Assembly (NCBI GenBank): GCA_963777315.1
Contig: CAVZQC010000002.1
Span: 384,001-448,000, forward strand
Source of the DNA: Vulcanimicrobiota bacterium
GTDB taxonomy: Bacteria; Vulcanimicrobiota; Vulcanimicrobiia; Vulcanimicrobiales; Vulcanimicrobiaceae
DNA length: 64,000 bases
Reading direction: 5' to 3'
Position 1 is the stretch's first letter. Each line of letters opens with the position of its first letter. This document shows, in pieces, positions 60,061-64,000 of the stretch. The notes below the pieces were generated by a model that worked only from the letters and a program-made list of their open reading frames with translations, ran no database searches and was not told where the DNA came from. The translations under genes were made by a program, and so were the position numbers.

Positions 60061-61240
60061 ACTGCGGGATGCAGCGCTCCATCTGTGCGAGCGCGTAATC
60101 GATGTCGTCCAGTGAAGCGGCGTACGAAAACCGCAGATAGCCTTTGCCCGCGGCCCCGAACGCCGAGCCGCCCAGACACGCAACGCCGCCGTCCTGCAGC
60201 AAAAACGCCGCCAGCGCCTTGTCGTCCGACGTAATCTTTTTGACGTTGGGAAAAGCGTAAAACGCGCCTTCAGGCATCGTGCACGACATGCCGGCAATGC
60301 GGTTGAGCCCGTTCACGAGCCTGTCGCGGCGTTCGCGAAACGTGCGGTTCATGCGCTGCACCGGCTCGTCCGTGCCCAGCAGCGCGGCAACGCCTGCATG
60401 CTGAACGAAGACCGGCGTGCACGAGAACGTGTTGTTGTTGAACAGCGTAACGGTTTGCGCCAGCTGCGCGGGCATGATCGCATAGCCCAGGCGCCATCCC
60501 GTCATCGCGTACGCTTTGGAAAACCCGTCGACGACGATCGTGCGTTCGCGCATGCCCGGAATCGTGACGATCGACGCGAACTCGCTTTCGTAAAAGTTGC
60601 GGCTGTAAATTTCGTCGGCGATGACCAGGAAGTCGTGTTTTTGCGCCATCTGCGCGATGCGTTCGAGATCGCTTTTGATGAGGACGCCGCCGGTGGGATT
60701 GTGCGGTGAATTGATCATGATCGCCCGCGTTTTATCGGAAACGCGACGTTCGAGCTCGTCCAGATCCATCCGCCAGTCTTTCTCTTCGTGCAGAGGAATC
60801 GGCGTGACGTGCGCGCCCAGATAACTCGCGCATGAAGCGTAGGCCGGATACGCGGGGTCGAAATAGACGAACTCGTCTCCCGGGTTGAGAATCGCGCTCA
60901 GGATATTCCAGATAATCGGCTTGGCGCCGGGCGCGACGACCACGTTCTCGATCGAAAACGGTTCGACTCCGCGGAATTTGGCGGCGTAATTCGCAATCAC
61001 TTCGCGAAGAGCCGGCAGCCCCGCCGACGCGGAATAATGCGTGTTGTTGTCGCGAATCGACGCGATGCCCGCTTCTTTGATGTGATCGGGCGTATCGAAA
61101 TCAGGCTCGCCGATCTCCATGTGAACCACGCGCGTGCCGCGCGCTTCCAGCGCCTTCGCGCGAGCCAGGACTTCGAACGCGCTCTCGGATCCCAGTCGCG
61201 AGACCGCGTCGGCACTTGCGAAGAGCTTGGTAGCGAGCAT
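60050..61240 (-). CDS. PLP-dependent class I/II (aspartate) aminotransferase
   Basis: EIGEPDF, GAK, NSPHNPTG, DEIY, DGFSKAYAMTGWRLGY, PEGAFY, LRFSYA. Confidence 0.95.
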   Translation of the reverse strand: MLATKLFASADAVSRLGSESAFEVLARAKALEARGTRVVHMEIGEPDFDTPDHIKEAGIASIRDNNTHYSASAGLPALREVIANYAAKFRGVEPFSIENVVVAPGAKPIIWNILSAILNPGDEFVYFDPAYPAYASCASYLGAHVTPIPLHEEKDWRMDLDELERRVSDKTRAIMINSPHNPTGGVLIKSDLERIAQMAQKHDFLVIADEIYSRNFYESEFASIVTIPGMRERTIVVDGFSKAYAMTGWRLGYAIMPAQLAQTVTLFNNNTFSCTPVFVQHAGVAALLGTDEPVQRMNRTFRERRDRLVNGLNRIAGMSCTMPEGAFYAFPNVKKITSDDKALAAFLLQDGGVACLGGSAFGAAGKGYLRFSYAASLDDIDYALAQMERCIPQFKG

Positions 61241-61315
61241 CAACTGTAAACCTTTCGGTAGCGGGACAACGGAGTCAAGGGGCCGTTTGGCCTGCGGCGA
61301 AGTCCCGACCAACTC

Positions 61316-64000
61316 ATGCGCACCCTGTCTGATGTGTTTACGCCGGGATCGCCGACGCTGCCGGAAGGACTTCGAACCCTCGTCGTTTCGCCCGAGCGCG
61401 AGTTGGAACCTGGGATGACGGTGCGCGCAACGTTCACGTTCCGCAACCAAGGCGGCGCGCCGGCGACGGGCGTGCGCGTACGTTTCAACCTTCCCGACGG
61501 TTTGGTCTACCTGGTGGGCACCGGGCAGCTCGACGGCGCGGTCGTGGACGACGAACACGGCAACTCGCCCTTGCTGGCTCGCGCGGGCGCGGACATCGGC
61601 GATCTCGCGCCCGGTGAGGAGCGCCGGATCGAAGTCGCTTATAGCGTAGCGGGTGCGATCGAGAACGGCTCCGCCGTCGAGCTGCAGGCTGCCGTGGCCG
61701 CATTCGAGCTCGCGCCCGTCGGCTCGAACATCGTACGGCTGATTGCCCACAGCCGGCCGGCGCTGGACAATGCGCTGACCAACGTTGCCATCGAGTCCCG
61801 TCAGCACGAAGCGCGCGCGGGCGGCGAAGCGACGATCGCCGTTCGGGTGCACAACGCCGGCGAATCCAGCGCGCACGATCTGGTCGTCGTCGCTCCGGTT
61901 CCCGAATACACTGCATACGTTGCGAATTCCGCGCGCGTGAACGGCCGTGAGATCGAACGCGATCTGCTCGCGCCCTTCGATCGCGTGCACGCACCGGTGA
62001 TCGCCGCGACGCTCCCGGCCAGCGCGACGGTTACGCTGCAGTATCGCGTTCGCATCGACGATCCGATCGCCGACGGCACCGCCATCGCAGCGCGCGCGCA
62101 GGTCGCCTGCCAAGAAACGCAGGCCATCGATTTACAAGCCGCGACGCTGGTCGTGCGTGCGCGTGCGGATTTCGACGACGACGGTACGAACTTTTCGATC
62201 GAACCATCCTCGGACGTCGCTCCCGGCTCGCCCGTAACGCTGCGGCTGCGCGCGTACAACGCCGGAACGACGACGGCCGCCGGCGTCACCGTGACGCTCG
62301 CTTTGCCCGAAGGACTCATTCCCGTGCGCGGCGGCATTCGCATCGACGGACAGCCCGTGCGCGAACGAAAAGGCGGCGCGCAGATCTACGACTTGGGCTC
62401 GCTGAGCGCGCGCGAAAGCGCCGAATTCCTCGCGCAGGCAACGGTCGGCTCGCCCCTTGCGGACGCAACCCAGCTGCCGGTGCGCGCGACCCTTCGCTGG
62501 GAAGTGCCGGACGGGGGCGATCAGCCGGCGGAACGCGTCTTCGAACGCACCGTTGCGGTTCGATCGCAGCCCCACTTGAACGCGCGCCGCAACCGCGTCG
62601 AACGCGTCGGTACGCTAATCGTGCGTCCCGGCGAGGAATGTGAAGCAACTCTTACGCTGTCCAACGACGGAAGCGCGACGGCCGCCGACGCCGTGTTGCA
62701 TCTGCGCGTGGATCCGGCGCTCGACGACGTTCGCGTGCTGGACAAAACGGCCAAACTGGACGTCGACAACGACTCGGTCGAACTGGGCGCCCTGGAACCC
62801 TATTCCACGCGAAAGCTGACCGTGCGCGTCCGCGTGCGCACGCCCTATGCCGATCGCAGCGAGCTTCGGCTGGGTGCGAGCGTCCATACGCAGGAACTGG
62901 GTGAAACGCAACTGGGCGATGCCGTTTGGCGGATCGATTCGCATCCGGCGTTTTCGGCGCAGAGCTCCGGTTTGAGTTTGGTGCAAGACGACGTGTTTCG
63001 GCCCAATCAGCTCGTTGACGTGTTCGTGCGTCTGCGCAATGAGGGAACGGACGCGGCCCAAAACGTGCGGCTCCGGCTCTACGTTTCGCCCGAAGCGCGA
63101 CTGGAGAGCGTCGAAGGCGCGACGCGCGAGCGTTCCACGCTCGTGTTCGGCGAACTCGCGCCGGGCGGGAAGGCCGAAGCGCGTCTAGGTGTGCGTCTGC
63201 TGCGCAGTTTGGCCAAAACGCATCCCGTAACGATCGAAGCGGTGCTCAGCGCCGATGCGATGCTTCCGGTGCAGCTCAGCCCGCTGGCGGTGGTGACGAC
63301 CGCCGAGCCCAGCTTTGCAATCGGCACGCTGCGCAGCGAGCCCGAAGAGATCGTCGACGCCGGCGAAGAGATCGAGTTCATTCTGCACGTGCGCAACAGC
63401 GGCGACGGGCCGGCGCGCCGCGCGAAGATCTGCGCCGATACGCTGGATTCGCTCATCTACATTCCCAACTCCACCGCGGTAAACGATCTGCCGGTGCGCG
63501 ACGTGGGCTCGCAATCGCCGTTGACGAGCGAGCGCGGACTGGTCATGAGCGACGTGGATCCCGGGGTCGAAGCCACGATCCGCTGGCGCGAGGTCGTCAG
63601 CAACGCCGCGGGTTCGGGCGAAACGATCGTGCGGGAAGCGCGCATCACCTACGACGGCGATCGTATCGACCGGATCGCGGCGCATGAAGTCAAAGTGCGC
63701 TGCGCACCGGCCTTCGCCAACACGATAGCCGGCTTGCCGTTCGGGTTGGACGGCATGCTCGGGCCCGCGTTCGGCACGCACCAGCGGGCGCTAAGCGGAA
63801 GCGATTTCGTCGAACTGCCGCCCGCGACCCCAGTGACCGCAGCCGAGCCGCCTGCACGCGCGGTGCTCTCGCTTGCGGCCGGGAACGGCAACGGCCACGC
63901 GCAGATCGATGCCGAAGCCCACGAGCAGTATGCAAACGGTGCCGGAAACGTTCACATGCTGGTCGCGTTCGACCGCGACCGGCTCGAACGCACGCTGCGC
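61316..64000 (+). CDS. large DUF11-repeat (Ig-like) protein, 3' end beyond window
   Basis: Absent from the ORF track because it has no stop. MRTLSDVFTPG...FRNQGGAPATGVRVRFNLPDGLVYLVG; repeats VHNAGESSAHDL..P..TAYVANS, YNAG..A, SNDGSATA, RNEGTDAA, RNSGDGPA; same frame at 64000. Confidence 0.8.
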   Translation, partial: MRTLSDVFTPGSPTLPEGLRTLVVSPERELEPGMTVRATFTFRNQGGAPATGVRVRFNLPDGLVYLVGTGQLDGAVVDDEHGNSPLLARAGADIGDLAPGEERRIEVAYSVAGAIENGSAVELQAAVAAFELAPVGSNIVRLIAHSRPALDNALTNVAIESRQHEARAGGEATIAVRVHNAGESSAHDLVVVAPVPEYTAYVANSARVNGREIERDLLAPFDRVHAPVIAATLPASATVTLQYRVRIDDPIADGTAIAARAQVACQETQAIDLQAATLVVRARADFDDDGTNFSIEPSSDVAPGSPVTLRLRAYNAGTTTAAGVTVTLALPEGLIPVRGGIRIDGQPVRERKGGAQIYDLGSLSARESAEFLAQATVGSPLADATQLPVRATLRWEVPDGGDQPAERVFERTVAVRSQPHLNARRNRVERVGTLIVRPGEECEATLTLSNDGSATAADAVLHLRVDPALDDVRVLDKTAKLDVDNDSVELGALEPYSTRKLTVRVRVRTPYADRSELRLGASVHTQELGETQLGDAVWRIDSHPAFSAQSSGLSLVQDDVFRPNQLVDVFVRLRNEGTDAAQNVRLRLYVSPEARLESVEGATRERSTLVFGELAPGGKAEARLGVRLLRSLAKTHPVTIEAVLSADAMLPVQLSPLAVVTTAEPSFAIGTLRSEPEEIVDAGEEIEFILHVRNSGDGPARRAKICADTLDSLIYIPNSTAVNDLPVRDVGSQSPLTSERGLVMSDVDPGVEATIRWREVVSNAAGSGETIVREARITYDGDRIDRIAAHEVKVRCAPAFANTIAGLPFGLDGMLGPAFGTHQRALSGSDFVELPPATPVTAAEPPARAVLSLAAGNGNGHAQIDAEAHEQYANGAGNVHMLVAFDRDRLERTLR

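Noticed and set aside
61241..62113. Apparent 290-aa N-terminal extension of the aminotransferase
   Set aside because: Antisense shadow of the DUF11 gene; homology begins at MLATK (61240)
1..64000. Mobile elements, prophage, defence systems, tRNA/rRNA
   Set aside because: No integrase, transposase, phage, nuclease/methylase or structural RNA signatures recognised

Overview
GC-rich (roughly 63-65% by eye) DNA from a diderm bacterium. Gene style suggests Eremiobacterota/Vulcanimicrobiota, but that is an unverified impression. The window has three blocks. (1) About 0.1-23 kb is an adhesion island: an archaic Csu-type chaperone-usher operon, a split divergent Tad/Flp pilus locus (3 Flp pilins, TadE/TadE/TadG, secretin, CpaB, an in-frame CpaE-CpaF fusion, TadB/C, two A24 peptidases, DUF192), two GT-C-type membrane proteins, an acyltransferase-3 and an NTPase-BTAD regulator. 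(2) About 23.6-60 kb is a glycan-utilisation locus: GH3, 2x GH29, GH33, GH35, GH20, GH92 fused to a YVTN propeller, GH5_18-like, a clan-D-like GH, an SGNH esterase, SSS/ABC/MFS transporters, a TonB-dependent receptor plus a non-SusD lipoprotein, an oxidative L-fucose pathway, CutC and a FadR/GntR regulator. A shared ACATC(C/G)GATG-type box occurs in four intergenic regions. The enzyme set matches stepwise N-glycan breakdown. (3) An aminotransferase and a >895-aa DUF11-repeat ORF that runs off the end. Eight single-base frameshifts break seven otherwise intact genes, and six sit in or next to AGCT. That points to modification-linked long-read errors rather than pseudogenes. No rRNA, tRNA, CRISPR array or mobile element was recognised.
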